Shown here: positions 1-9,941 of the stretch, one piece after another
Numbering within the stretch: the stretch's first letter is position 1
Layout of the letters: every line of letters begins with the position of its first letter
Virus record (IMG/VR): IMGVR_UViG_3300032330_002506
Coordinates: 1-33,035 of that record
Reading direction: 5' to 3' (one strand)
Length of the DNA stretch: 33,035 bases
DNA from: a virus
Taxonomy: Duplodnaviria > Caudoviricetes
Made by a program: the position numbers and the translations under genes
Notes under the pieces: model-generated
The model's input: only the letters and a program-made list of their open reading frames with translations
What the model was told of the DNA's origin: nothing
Databases searched by the model: none

Positions 1-866
1 CCTCTTATTTTTGAGTTGATCCCACGGATCCTGCCAGAGTTGATACCAATGCCCGCACGCCTTGCCACATAGAGTCCAATAGCCATATCACTGCTGAAAA
101 TAGAAGAAAGAGTATCGTCACTGTCAACAAGCACACAACTAGCAAACTGACGAATAGGAGTTCTGACACCTGCCATAACAGGTGTTGGAATATTGATTTT
201 ATGTGTTGAAATTGCATCATAATATTTTTTAACATAGGTCATCCTTTTGTTTTTTGGGTAATCCGCGAACAGGGTAGCGGCAATCATCATGTACATGTCT
301 TGTGGTGTTTCGAACAACTGTCCAGAGCTCCTGTCCTGCACTAGATACTTGTCCACTATCTGCCTCAATCCGGCATAGGTAAAGTTAAGGTCTCTGTCTC
401 TTCTTATCCAGGTATTGAGTTTCTTAATTTCGGTCATGTTGTATTTGTCCACAATAGCTTTGTCATATACACCATGACGAATGTTTCTCATGATTAATTT
501 TAATAAAGGTATGTACTCATACTGACCATGAGCTTCTTTACGTATGTCGTAACTTAACAGTCTTGCCGCCGCATACTGATAATTGGGATTTTCTAAAGTG
601 ATAAGATCGTTTGCTGATCTCACAAGAATGTGTTGAATGTCTTTGGAACTCATACCATCATAGAATTGTATGTTGGCATGCATCTCAATCAGTGATGCTG
701 ATACTCCTGGTAATTCTTCACAGGCTTCTTCCACAACGAAATGTATCTTGTTAATGTCCAATGGCTCTAGGCGACCGTCTCTTTTCTTGACTCTGATAGT
801 GGAACTGTTGCCTGGCATACTCGTTTTTGTTTTTGTTTCTGATTTTACTCTTGTTTGACTGTGCAT
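1..866 (-). CDS. nrdA: Ribonucleotide reductase class Ia alpha subunit, 5' part (runs off the left edge; start at 866 or in-frame ATG 818)
   Basis: Not in the ORF track. Manual translation gives an ATP-cone start (IRVKKRDGRLEPLDINKIH...), DKYLVQDRSSGQLFETPQ, PTPVMAGVRTPIRQFASCVL and AGIGINSGRIRGINSKIRG, with no stop before position 1. Confidence 0.96.
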   Translation of the reverse strand, partial: MHSQTRVKSETKTKTSMPGNSSTIRVKKRDGRLEPLDINKIHFVVEEACEELPGVSASLIEMHANIQFYDGMSSKDIQHILVRSANDLITLENPNYQYAAARLLSYDIRKEAHGQYEYIPLLKLIMRNIRHGVYDKAIVDKYNMTEIKKLNTWIRRDRDLNFTYAGLRQIVDKYLVQDRSSGQLFETPQDMYMMIAATLFADYPKNKRMTYVKKYYDAISTHKINIPTPVMAGVRTPIRQFASCVLVDSDDTLSSIFSSDMAIGLYVARRAGIGINSGRIRGINSKIR

Positions 867-911
867 ATTTAGCTAAAAATTTTATAAGTGTTATCTTTAT
901 TTTTTTATTTG

Positions 912-940
912 ATTATAACGTTAAAAGAAGGTCTTGTCTA
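912..940 (-). promoter_or_regulatory. sigma70-type promoter upstream of nrdA
   Basis: Minus strand TAGACA(940-935)-N17-TATAAT(917-912). Confidence 0.65.
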
Positions 941-990
941 TTGGTAAGAAAAAATATTTTTGTGAATTTTTTTAGGTAAACAACCTGTGG

Positions 991-2580
991 TTATGCAATT
1001 ATTGTAGTTTGATAATCCATTGTGGCCGACGAGCCTGTGCTGGTAGTGGTATATTTTACTACAAATGTTTCGTTGCCTGCTGTGGAATCAAGATCATCTG
1101 TGGTAACAGATAGAGTTACTCCTATATCAGCAGTCTCTTCATAGTCATCATTGTAGGTGGGTGTGGTGCCTTCTCGGCCAATCACTGTTAATGTGCCTGT
1201 TCGGAAATTAGAACCTCTCTCAATTTTATATTTTACTGATAGAGCAGAACCACTGGTGGCTTTAATTCTTATTCCTGTGGTTGTGGCAGATCCTGTATTG
1301 TCAGCCAATGTAATCTGTTTGATTGGACGGTCTATTATACCAATACCATCCACATTCGTTGCTGGCGCAATAGATGAAGATCTTAAATCTGTTTTTGCAA
1401 AATAATCAAATTGGCTAGAGCATTCATCGGTGCCAAAATCAATCTCTGGATATGTATTATTGGTAGTGTTATAATCACTGAAATTATTTCCAATATCACT
1501 GCCAAACCAGTTGCCCACACTAACAATATTTCTTATGGTTCCTCCTGCAACAATTTTGATTGCATTTCTACCTATATTGCTCCAGGTACTGTATAAAAAT
1601 TGTACGTTACTTGGACCATTTTGTAATCCATTGGTTGAACCATCTGTGGTTTCGCCTACATAGGCTCCATATACAGCTATTGAAAAATCACAATTAATAA
1701 ATTTTATTGAAGTTACATCATAACTTAAATCTACTAATCTAGAAAATTTAGTGAATTGACAGCTGTCAAAAATTATATTGCTGCAAGGTAATACCGATGT
1801 ACTTCTCACAGTGACAGCTCGACTGTTAGAAGTGTCTGCTCCACCTGCTGCATACGTACCTTTGAATCCACAGTTTACAAATCTTATATTGGTTGCACAG
1901 TCTATGCTAAAACCTGCATAGGCTTCTCCATTCCAAAATTGAATTCCTTCTATAAAGATTTGTGTGGGTGTTGCGGCTGATGAGGCACCTATGTTGCCAT
2001 AAACATTGCCTCCATTGTCTTCGGTTACAGCTACTGGTGCATTGCCACCTGATTGATATATCACCGATCCGTCAATACCTTCTCCTGCTAATCGAGCATA
2101 AGGAGGTATTTTTAGAGATGCGGATATATTGTAAGTGCCTGCTGGAAAAAATAATATTCTTGATGATCTTGTGTCGTCTTGATCCACTATGTCTGAATAT
2201 AATTCTTCTAGGGCTCTTTGTATAGCTGCTGTATCATCGGTAGCTCCATCGCCCACAGCACCAAATGCTTTAACAGAAACGTAGTCATCCAGTCTCTCTT
2301 GTAGAGTTCTTAGAATGTCTACACCTGCTCCGGTTACTATTGGTGTGGCATCTCCTAGATATCCTTTGTAAACATATTTTAGAGCTGATGAAAATGCTGA
2401 AGAACCTGATGTTAAAATCTCTGTGTTACCCACTGCAGGAGCACCATCTGCTACTGTGCCATTACCTATGTATAATTTTTGTTCGTCAATAACCCAACCC
2501 AACTCTCCAGCCGCTAATTGCGGTAGGTCCGTGGCTTTGCCTCTTCTATGTTGGATCCTTGAAATCTGTACTATGGGCAC
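991..2580 (-). CDS. Virion structural protein with pectate-lyase-like beta-helix (tailspike/baseplate-like)
   Basis: N-terminal RIQHRRG...LPQLAAGELGW..DEQKLYIGNG phage fibre-type motif; VSVKAFGAVGDGATDDTAAIQRA...FFPAGTY beta-helix cap; GTG start with GAGGA SD and a late promoter upstream. Confidence 0.8.
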   Translation of the reverse strand: MPIVQISRIQHRRGKATDLPQLAAGELGWVIDEQKLYIGNGTVADGAPAVGNTEILTSGSSAFSSALKYVYKGYLGDATPIVTGAGVDILRTLQERLDDYVSVKAFGAVGDGATDDTAAIQRALEELYSDIVDQDDTRSSRILFFPAGTYNISASLKIPPYARLAGEGIDGSVIYQSGGNAPVAVTEDNGGNVYGNIGASSAATPTQIFIEGIQFWNGEAYAGFSIDCATNIRFVNCGFKGTYAAGGADTSNSRAVTVRSTSVLPCSNIIFDSCQFTKFSRLVDLSYDVTSIKFINCDFSIAVYGAYVGETTDGSTNGLQNGPSNVQFLYSTWSNIGRNAIKIVAGGTIRNIVSVGNWFGSDIGNNFSDYNTTNNTYPEIDFGTDECSSQFDYFAKTDLRSSSIAPATNVDGIGIIDRPIKQITLADNTGSATTTGIRIKATSGSALSVKYKIERGSNFRTGTLTVIGREGTTPTYNDDYEETADIGVTLSVTTDDLDSTAGNETFVVKYTTTSTGSSATMDYQTTIIA

Positions 2581-2604
2581 TTTTGTTCCTCTTTATTTTT
2601 AGTG

Positions 2605-2612
2605 TATTTATA
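2605..2612 (-). promoter_or_regulatory. T4-type late promoter TATAAATA
   Basis: Perfect consensus on the minus strand upstream of the structural gene; a divergent TAAATA lies at 2619-2624. Confidence 0.8.
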
Positions 2613-2629
2613 GTAAATTAAATAATGTT

Positions 2630-3337
2630 ATGAGCAAAATTATATGTGTAAGCGGTGATTCTTTTACACACGAATTCCACCAAAAAAATGAGGATAAATG
2701 GAGTGTAAAAATTGGAGCGAATGACAATATCGCTATGGGTGGAGCCAGCAATGATCGTATCTTTTATAGTACCATAGAATATCTTAATAGTAAAACACCC
2801 GATATTTTGATAATAGGATGGACTGTATTGAGCAGAGGTATGTTGCATAGAAACAATGGTTCAAGAGTGATTATTACATCACATCGAGCGTTTGATGAGC
2901 AGACTGCTGAAAATCTAGATGAATTTAAAAAATTTTACTATACCAATATACAGAACGATTTTGTTAGTTTTCGAAATGTTTTAAATTACATGATTTTCCT
3001 ACAAGAATATTGTAAAAACAAAAAAATAAAACTTCTATATTTTAGATCAGTATTAGAAGTTGAACTTACAGATGCTTCATTGATTCATATAGCCAGTTCT
3101 GCATTCATGGATAGTAATGATCCAACTGTAAAAATGCAAGGTATTCAACATAATTGTGAAGAATTAAAAAAATTAATAAAACAATTGGATAAAAATATTT
3201 GGATTAAAGAATTTTGGTATTCCATGAAAGATCATATGAAAAAAAATTATGCCGAGCAATTTGTTCTAGGTTATGATAAGAATTTGCCTGTAGCTGCAGT
3301 CAACGATTGGGCTAATTTAGTAAAACAATATCTATAG
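2630..3337 (+). CDS. SGNH/GDSL-like protein
   Basis: VSGDSFT block I and NIAMGGASN block II; C-terminal DxxH not evident; TAAATA-N5-ATG start. Confidence 0.55.
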   Translation: MSKIICVSGDSFTHEFHQKNEDKWSVKIGANDNIAMGGASNDRIFYSTIEYLNSKTPDILIIGWTVLSRGMLHRNNGSRVIITSHRAFDEQTAENLDEFKKFYYTNIQNDFVSFRNVLNYMIFLQEYCKNKKIKLLYFRSVLEVELTDASLIHIASSAFMDSNDPTVKMQGIQHNCEELKKLIKQLDKNIWIKEFWYSMKDHMKKNYAEQFVLGYDKNLPVAAVNDWANLVKQYL

Positions 3338-4036
3338 AATACTCTTATAATACTGCTCTACTCGACCGAACCATCGGCCTACCCAGTGATCGTAATTGTC
3401 TATGTCGAATGTTTGGAATTCATTGTTCTGTGTACAGATGAATATGCGACCGTGTCTTATTTGTGTGTCAAATAAGTTGTTGTGTGCTTCTGCATAGGCT
3501 ACCAATTGCAGATAGTAATCTTCCACCCACTCTTTCTTCTTCAATTTACGAGCTTGTTTAAAATCCATTATAGCAGGAGCGCCTTTGTACACTCCAATTA
3601 AATCTGTGGTACCTGCATACAATTCAGGATAATAAAGATTAATTTCTGACCCCCATACCTCTGACACATCTTTCAAACCATTCTCTATGATCACATTGGC
3701 CATGGCATGAGCCTGTTGCTGTATGAGATTAGAGCCAGGCACTCGAACTTCACCTTTGACATGCTTTTCAAGACTGCGATGCATCACTGTGCCTATGTTC
3801 GCTGATTCTGTAGCAATTCTCTGTGCCTCTTGTTCACCCACTCGTTTCTTCCATGCATTGAGATGAGTCATATCTTTGGTTTGACTCAGTATTGTGGTCA
3901 CCGAAGGCACTGTGCGACCATCTGGTGTGGTATAGTGTCTTTTACCCTCTGGTGACGTACGATTCAATTCATTATACGGGTATTTGGCTACATAGGCTAT
4001 GCCTTGAGCCAGGAGAGTATCATTGGTAAATTTCAT
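3332..4036 (-). CDS. PD-(D/E)XK exonuclease (MGME1/Cas4-like phage family)
   Basis: PSVTTIL, GTVMH, YAGTTDL, IMDFKQ and QLVAYA motifs; start refined to ATG 4036 (TAATTA-N5-ATG). Confidence 0.85.
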   Translation of the reverse strand: MKFTNDTLLAQGIAYVAKYPYNELNRTSPEGKRHYTTPDGRTVPSVTTILSQTKDMTHLNAWKKRVGEQEAQRIATESANIGTVMHRSLEKHVKGEVRVPGSNLIQQQAHAMANVIIENGLKDVSEVWGSEINLYYPELYAGTTDLIGVYKGAPAIMDFKQARKLKKKEWVEDYYLQLVAYAEAHNNLFDTQIRHGRIFICTQNNEFQTFDIDNYDHWVGRWFGRVEQYYKSIL

Positions 4037-4056
4037 TAGCATAATTATATATTAGA

Positions 4057-5070
4057 ATGTCATATATCACAATCGATAATATTAACAGTATCAATGCAGA
4101 GCTGTCTAACTACTGTAATGCAGCCTGTCCTATGTGTTCTAGGTTTAATTTTAAATTAGAGCTGAGAAAAGATGTTACCAACAATTCTCATACATCACTG
4201 GATTTAATAAAAGATAAAATTGGATTGAACATAGTAAAAAGATTAAATCGTTTTTATTCTTGTGGCACATATGGTGATGGTTCTATGAATCCAGAGTGTT
4301 TAGAAATATATGAGCATCTTAGACAAAATAATAATGATTGTAAATTAGAATTATGGACTAACGGTGGTGCTAGGAATCCAGATTTTTGGGCAGAGTTAGC
4401 TAAAATAGGAGTAGAAGTACTATTTCATATCGATGGATTGGAAGATACTAATCATCTATATAGAAGGAACGTTAAATGGGATAAACTCATAGCAAATGCA
4501 CAATCTTATATTCAGGCAGGAGGAAAAGCTAGATGGCGTATGTTTTCTTTTAAACATAACCAACATCAGCAAGAAGAAGCTAAATCTCTCTCAAAAAAAT
4601 TAGGATTTAAAAATTTCTTTGTAGATCACACTTCGAGATGGAAAGATTATGATTATGATGGCACATTTAGAGATGTAAACAAAATAGCAGTAGATGATTA
4701 TTATATAGAAAGACCTATAGATGCTATCAGTAAAAATACTCATACTTTAAAACTTAGTAAAAAAATTGAACCAAATGAAAAAATAAATGATTTTGCAACT
4801 AAAAAAATATCTTGTTTTTCTTGTTCTAATAATAATTTTGAAATATATCTAATGGCGTCTGGTTATGTTACCCCTTGCTGTTGGATAGGAGATCCGAAGA
4901 CCCACGAATCTCAAAAATTAGTAGAAGATTACGACAAAATAAATTTAAACAAATCTACATTAGATGAAATATTAAATGGCCATTTCTTTCGTAAATTAGA
5001 AGCGGGTATTAACGGTTCTAATACTGATGTAAGATTAAACGCCTGTTATACCTGTTGTGGAGTAAACTAA
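4057..5070 (+). CDS. Radical SAM protein with C-terminal twitch/SPASM-like domain
   Basis: CNAACPMC, TNGG, IDG, GYVTPCCW and CYTCCG. Confidence 0.88.
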   Translation: MSYITIDNINSINAELSNYCNAACPMCSRFNFKLELRKDVTNNSHTSLDLIKDKIGLNIVKRLNRFYSCGTYGDGSMNPECLEIYEHLRQNNNDCKLELWTNGGARNPDFWAELAKIGVEVLFHIDGLEDTNHLYRRNVKWDKLIANAQSYIQAGGKARWRMFSFKHNQHQQEEAKSLSKKLGFKNFFVDHTSRWKDYDYDGTFRDVNKIAVDDYYIERPIDAISKNTHTLKLSKKIEPNEKINDFATKKISCFSCSNNNFEIYLMASGYVTPCCWIGDPKTHESQKLVEDYDKINLNKSTLDEILNGHFFRKLEAGINGSNTDVRLNACYTCCGVN

Positions 5071-6371
5071 TGGGCATATCTCAACAACCACCTAAACGTT
5101 TTCCAATTAAAGAAGGTATACCTTGCCAACTCAAATGGACGCATTCTACAATTTATCTCACAGATGGTGTAACCGCAAGCTGTCACAGAGCAGGTTATGG
5201 CAAAATAGAAATGGATGGAAACAATTTTAATTTTCATAATACTGCTAATAAAATAATTGAACGTACAAAAATGTTGAACGGAGAATGGCCCAGCAATGGT
5301 TGTGAACATTGTAAACATATAGAACAAGCTGGAGGCAATAGTGATCGTACAATACATCTCGAAATGGAAGGCACTACTGCACCTCCAGAATTAGACAATG
5401 ATTTAAAAGCAGTAAATGTTACTCCTAGACAATTAGAAGTGTATTGGGGTAATACCTGCAATCTTAAATGTATCTATTGTGCTGCACACTATAGTTCAAA
5501 GATACACCAAGAAGAAAAAAGGTTTGGAACATTTAATACCGATGGTGTGGTGTTAGATGCTAATCAATGGCAAATGTTTGATCGTATAGAAGAAGCTACA
5601 GAAAAACTTTTTATTTGGTTTGAAAATAACATACAACATCTACACAAACTTTTTATTATGGGAGGAGAACCTTTTTTGCAAAAAGAAACAGAAAGAATGA
5701 TTGCTTTTTTAGAACAAAAAGAACTACCGGATCTTACTCTATGTTTCTTTAGTAATCTAACTGTAGATCATGAAAGAGTTAAAAACTGGGTGCAAAGATT
5801 AGATCGTCTTGTGCAAGAAAAAAGGTTAGATAAATTACAGATTGTGGGATCTCTTGATTCATGGGGAGCTGAAGCTGAGTATGTTAGAAATGGGTTAGAT
5901 CTAAAATTATTCCAAAAGAACTTTGAATACATATTAAATGAATCTAACACTCTACAAAATATTAATTCTGCATTAACTGTGACTGCTGTGCCTGGTATGC
6001 CTATGTTAGTAGATAAAATAAACAAGTGGTCTAAAATAAGACCGGTTTATTGGTCTATGATGAAAGCCAGTACTTACAATTATGGTCCTAGACCTTATCT
6101 TTATCCTGGAATATTTGGCAAAAAAGTCAATGATTTAGGATTAAAAGAAGCTATAGAAAAATTCGATACAAACAGTTATGGACATATTGATTCAGTAAAA
6201 GTAAATTATAAAAATTATATGAATGGTATAATCAACGAATTTGAAAATAGAGAACCCGATCTAATTAGACAAAAACAATTTAAAATATATCTAACAGAAT
6301 TAGATCGTAGAAGAGGAACTGATTATAAAAAAACATTTCCTACAATTGCTGAGTGGTTGGATAAAGTTTAA
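5070..6371 (+). CDS. Radical SAM protein with N-terminal Cys-rich auxiliary cluster domain
   Basis: CNLKCIYC and GGEPF; N-terminal CQLKW...ASCHR...CEHC; TAATG coupling to the upstream gene supports start 5070. Confidence 0.88.
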   Translation: MGISQQPPKRFPIKEGIPCQLKWTHSTIYLTDGVTASCHRAGYGKIEMDGNNFNFHNTANKIIERTKMLNGEWPSNGCEHCKHIEQAGGNSDRTIHLEMEGTTAPPELDNDLKAVNVTPRQLEVYWGNTCNLKCIYCAAHYSSKIHQEEKRFGTFNTDGVVLDANQWQMFDRIEEATEKLFIWFENNIQHLHKLFIMGGEPFLQKETERMIAFLEQKELPDLTLCFFSNLTVDHERVKNWVQRLDRLVQEKRLDKLQIVGSLDSWGAEAEYVRNGLDLKLFQKNFEYILNESNTLQNINSALTVTAVPGMPMLVDKINKWSKIRPVYWSMMKASTYNYGPRPYLYPGIFGKKVNDLGLKEAIEKFDTNSYGHIDSVKVNYKNYMNGIINEFENREPDLIRQKQFKIYLTELDRRRGTDYKKTFPTIAEWLDKV

Positions 6372-6727
6372 CTTCTTCTTTTCATGGCTGCTTGAGCCAT
6401 TTTCTTTACAGTATCAGTGCTGCCAATATTGTCTTTGTTCATTGCAGGATCTTTTTCTGCCTGTTTCTCTGTTTTGAGAACAATTTTTTCTTGGTTAAAA
6501 TCATCCACCACATTTTTTAGAGCAGTGCCTTTGTCATAGATACTTTTAAATAGATTGTAGTTGAAAGTAGCATAACCTGTGTTTTTAATTATTTGTTGTA
6601 GAGCATCGAAACTAATCTCTGCTGTTTCTCCTTGCTCATCAGCATCGCCTCTAAGATTTTGTAGAGTATTAACAATCACCGACTCTAATTCATTATTAGT
6701 ATTGTTGAGAAACTCAGAGAAACGCAT
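6368..6727 (-). CDS. Hypothetical phage protein, probably head-associated
   Basis: 119-aa ORF in the minus-strand late block; N-terminus MRFSEF. Confidence 0.65.
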   Translation of the reverse strand: MRFSEFLNNTNNELESVIVNTLQNLRGDADEQGETAEISFDALQQIIKNTGYATFNYNLFKSIYDKGTALKNVVDDFNQEKIVLKTEKQAEKDPAMNKDNIGSTDTVKKMAQAAMKRRS

Positions 6728-6731
6728 GGGA

Positions 6732-7583
6732 TTACTTCCCAGCTAGTCTTGAATAAATTCTGTTGCTGGCTTCGAAAACTTCACGGCTTTCTCTCTTCTG
6801 TCTACCTTCTGGTTCTGTGCCACCTGCGTTAGCATCTGTTGCTGCAAATTCATCTGAAGCTGGTGCTTCTAAAGAATCTAATTCATCGCCGGTAGTATCT
6901 AGAGGCTCATCCAGTGATCCCATTGGTTCTGTGCTGGCAACTTCTTCACCTGTTAATATTCTTACTGCTTGATCTAATTCTGTTCTTGTAGAAGTTAGTG
7001 TTTGTTCTGCTGATTCTAGAGCAGGTTTAACTTTTTGTGCAAAAGCATCTGCTTTGTCTGCTCCCATTTCATCTCGGATTCTGTCAGATAATTCTAACAT
7101 ACTCTCAGTTTTCATTTTTGCTAAGTCTTCTAAGAATGCTGTTACCTTGTCCATCATATCTTTGGCAGCTAGGATTAATTCTGATTGATTTTCAATGCCT
7201 TCTTTAACTGCAGTTTCTTTTTGAACCATTGCTCCAATTATAGAATCTTTGTCTTGTGGTTTAAGACCCGGCACTGTTTGAATTTTTTTAGCCAGTGCTT
7301 GTTGTTGAGGAGATATCTGTGTGTTGATTCCTTGAGCTTCTCGCACTGCTTGATTTAAAATGTCCAACATCATTTGATGTTTGTGATAATTTTCATTTTT
7401 TAATTCTTGTCCAAAATGTTGATTATCAGTGATAGTATGTATTTTGGTTCTCACCATATTAGCCATATCTTCTAATTGTGCTTGATCTAATCCTTCAAGA
7501 TTTAAAGTTTGACCAAATCTTGATTCGAATTGGGCTAGTAAGCCTTCTGTGGTAATATTCTTTGTTAAATCTGTTGCTTTCAT
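6732..7583 (-). CDS. Acidic helical protein, possible prohead core/scaffold component
   Basis: 283 aa, coiled-coil-like, acidic linker near the C-terminus; late-gene context. Function inferred. Confidence 0.55.
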   Translation of the reverse strand: MKATDLTKNITTEGLLAQFESRFGQTLNLEGLDQAQLEDMANMVRTKIHTITDNQHFGQELKNENYHKHQMMLDILNQAVREAQGINTQISPQQQALAKKIQTVPGLKPQDKDSIIGAMVQKETAVKEGIENQSELILAAKDMMDKVTAFLEDLAKMKTESMLELSDRIRDEMGADKADAFAQKVKPALESAEQTLTSTRTELDQAVRILTGEEVASTEPMGSLDEPLDTTGDELDSLEAPASDEFAATDANAGGTEPEGRQKRESREVFEASNRIYSRLAGK

Positions 7584-7584
7584 A

Positions 7585-7884
7585 TTATGATATCACTTTG
7601 TTGATCTTGCGGTAAGCACTGCTGGTTAGGTATGCTTGCAATTCAGCATCTGCAAGATTAGCGTTCGCAATACGCACTCTGTCTTCTGCTGATTTAAAAA
7701 CTCTTACAACATTAAATCTTGTTTTTCCTGTAACCAAGTTTGGTCCATCTACTATTGGTGTTAAAGTATTTGAAACAATTGCTCCACTTGCCAGTTCGGC
7801 TGCTTGTCGAGCTCTAGCAGTAGACGGAAATGTTGTGTCTCCTTCGTTTTGTTCCAGTATGTAAGTTTCAGTTACTGTGGCCAT
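7585..7884 (-). CDS. Hypothetical protein
   Basis: 99-aa ORF with AAGGA SD, tightly packed in the operon. Confidence 0.7.
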   Translation of the reverse strand: MATVTETYILEQNEGDTTFPSTARARQAAELASGAIVSNTLTPIVDGPNLVTGKTRFNVVRVFKSAEDRVRIANANLADAELQAYLTSSAYRKINKVIS

Positions 7885-7905
7885 ATGTTGTTCCTTTTAC
7901 TGTGT

Positions 7906-8415
7906 TTATTTAGCTGGGTTGGTTCTGAACGTGCTATCAAATAAATTGTGTATTTTTTGCTTAATAGCGTCCGCTTGACGGTTTGCTTCGCGGAATTTGT
8001 TCTCATATATGAATGCTTGATCTTCATCGCCGCTTTTTTCTGCTGATCTCAGTTTGCCTTTGTAGCTCTTTATGTCGAATATTCTACTGGCAAATTCTGA
8101 ATCCCAATGCAGTATGTTTTCTGGTACTGTTTTACCATCTGCTAGATGATGTGCTATGAGAATAGCACTCTGTTTGAGATGTATATCTTCATACACTATG
8201 CGTGCTTGTATCATGTCTGCTATCACGTACACAAAACGAGTTTCGTCAGCTCTGCGTGGTACAATGGCTATGTTGCCGATAAGAATACCTTTGCTGAATT
8301 GTTTCGGTAGATGGCGAAACGGACGATGTTTCTCATCATGCTCGGCCAACGCCTTGAGTTTGTCGTCAAGGTTGTAGGCCTCTATCTGTCTCAGCAGTTC
8401 ATCGCGATTACGCAT
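7906..8415 (-). CDS. Hypothetical phage protein
   Basis: 169-aa ORF in the same operon. Confidence 0.7.
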   Translation of the reverse strand: MRNRDELLRQIEAYNLDDKLKALAEHDEKHRPFRHLPKQFSKGILIGNIAIVPRRADETRFVYVIADMIQARIVYEDIHLKQSAILIAHHLADGKTVPENILHWDSEFASRIFDIKSYKGKLRSAEKSGDEDQAFIYENKFREANRQADAIKQKIHNLFDSTFRTNPAK

Positions 8416-8421
8416 ATTTTA

Positions 8422-8646
8422 TTATTCGTTAGTAAATCTTATATGCTTATTTAAAGCGTATTGTGTGTCGTTGTCAAGTTTTTTTCTTACCAGTATGCCT
8501 TTGTCACTCAGTGTTTTGGCTGTGATAGCTTCTTCTATTGGTAATTCACTCTGTAGGAAGTGTTCATGATTCTGCCATTTGTGAATGAACAGATGTTGCT
8601 TTTCAGTGATGAATACTCGCACATGGCGAGATATGTGTACGTACAT
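8422..8646 (-). CDS. Small hypothetical protein, possible winged helix
   Basis: 74 aa; AKTLSDKGILVR...YAL resembles an HTH recognition helix plus wing. Confidence 0.6.
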   Translation of the reverse strand: MYVHISRHVRVFITEKQHLFIHKWQNHEHFLQSELPIEEAITAKTLSDKGILVRKKLDNDTQYALNKHIRFTNE

Positions 8647-8657
8647 TCTATTATAGA

Positions 8658-8960
8658 TTAACTGATTTTCATTAATACCACTACTATGGTGCTGAGTAGT
8701 CCTGCTACCACAGTGCCAGCAGTCATTATAAGAGTTTTGCTCTGGCTCTTCTGTCCTTCAAGCACATCGTCACTTAGACGTTTAAGACTGGTTTCAATAG
8801 CAGAAAGACGATCGTGTAAACCTTTATAACGCTCGGCGCAAAGGTCCACGTGTGCTTCTAAATTTGTTTTTTCTAAATCACTCATTAATATTCTCAACTC
8901 TCGTTTTATTTCCGTTACTTGTGTACGTATTTCTCTTAACCGAGCCTGTATATTTGCCAT
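8658..8960 (-). CDS. Coiled-coil protein with C-terminal transmembrane helix
   Basis: LEAHVDLCAERY motif, heptad pattern, hydrophobic TLIMTAGTVVAGLLSTIVVVLM; AGGAAG before ATG 8960; alternative start 8885. Confidence 0.7.
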   Translation of the reverse strand: MANIQARLREIRTQVTEIKRELRILMSDLEKTNLEAHVDLCAERYKGLHDRLSAIETSLKRLSDDVLEGQKSQSKTLIMTAGTVVAGLLSTIVVVLMKIS

Positions 8961-9014
8961 TACTTCCTGCGGAGCCTATTAGTGCTGTTTGTGCCTTGAG
9001 TAACATTATTTATT

Positions 9015-9476
9015 CTAAACCGTTATTTTCGTAAAGTAGGTGTTTATATAACGTGGGTCTTGTGTGTTAAAAACATTCTTAGGAAATGCGGCTGTTTCTT
9101 TGCAAAAATTTATTATGGGTATCTGATCAAAATCTTCTATCAATCCGCCCACAGGATCACCATCAAAAGCATACACTTCTGATTGTTCCACCTGCCATTC
9201 AAACTGCCATATGGTATGACGACCTTCGAACACAGATCCAAAACGCCAGTTCACTATATTATCCATCTGTTTCTTGGGAGTGGATTCCCAATCAATGTTA
9301 CTTCTCATCTGTAGTAATTGTAACAGTGTGGTAAAATTGGCCTGTTGATTACGAGCAATGGCAAGAGTGGCAGAGTCATGCACCAGTTCTCCACTCTTGG
9401 TTTTGAATGGGAATTGACTGCGTAGTACTCCGTTCTCCGTGATGTCCACCAGCGTGGTAATACAATATGTGTGCAT
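9015..9476 (-). CDS. Hypothetical phage late protein
   Basis: TTLVDITENG...RNQQANF; TAAATA(9487-9482)-N5-ATG 9476. Confidence 0.7.
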   Translation of the reverse strand: MHTYCITTLVDITENGVLRSQFPFKTKSGELVHDSATLAIARNQQANFTTLLQLLQMRSNIDWESTPKKQMDNIVNWRFGSVFEGRHTIWQFEWQVEQSEVYAFDGDPVGGLIEDFDQIPIINFCKETAAFPKNVFNTQDPRYINTYFTKITV

Positions 9477-9492
9477 ATTACTATTTACTCGC

Positions 9493-9530
9493 AAAACAAA
9501 AAAGGGTGAACAAATAAATGTCCACCCTTT
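9493..9530 (-). terminator. Intrinsic terminator
   Basis: AAAGGGTGGACA-TTTATT-TGTTCACCCTTT followed by a T-rich tail on the minus strand. Confidence 0.85.
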
Positions 9531-9551
9531 CGATCAGTTTAATAAACTTAA

Positions 9552-9920
9552 TTACGCTACTGTGATTGTAGTTGCCGCAACAACTGTTGATCCACCAAAA
9601 CCTAAATGTTCAGTTGAATCGTCTCTGTCAGCTGATACGAAATTTCTTACAAGATCTCGTATTGATGTTGCATTGTGCTGTGAATTATCTACTAATATAG
9701 AGATAGTTCCTGCAGCACTGTCAGTGATTGTGTATCCAAGTACGTTTAGGTTAGAAACAAGCATTTCGATTGCTTCTAAACTTCCTGTTGCCGTTCTTAG
9801 ATCTTGTACGTTGTTATCGCTGTTTTTCACAGTGATGATGTAAGCTCCCACATTTGAAGTTTGAACGTATGCTCCCACTGCAAAAGGTGTTGTGCTGTTG
9901 GTTCTAGTAAAACTAGCCAT
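9552..9920 (-). CDS. Small Thr/Ala/Ser-rich protein, probable capsid decoration/virion protein
   Basis: 122 aa, AAGGA SD, beta-rich composition, late transcript, own terminator. Confidence 0.6.
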   Translation of the reverse strand: MASFTRTNSTTPFAVGAYVQTSNVGAYIITVKNSDNNVQDLRTATGSLEAIEMLVSNLNVLGYTITDSAAGTISILVDNSQHNATSIRDLVRNFVSADRDDSTEHLGFGGSTVVAATTITVA

Positions 9921-9941
9921 TTTGTTTTTTCCTTTGTGTAT

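Noticed and set aside
5-235. 76-aa hydrophobic ORF (and 670..858 +) in the track
   Set aside because: Both are shadow frames of nrdA, which is open from 866 to the window edge.
867-990. NrdR box upstream of nrdA
   Set aside because: Only weak AT-rich palindromes are present; no convincing consensus match.
3332-4036. Cas4/CRISPR association of the PD-(D/E)XK nuclease
   Set aside because: No Fe-S Cys set, no cas genes and no array; ordinary phage exonuclease.
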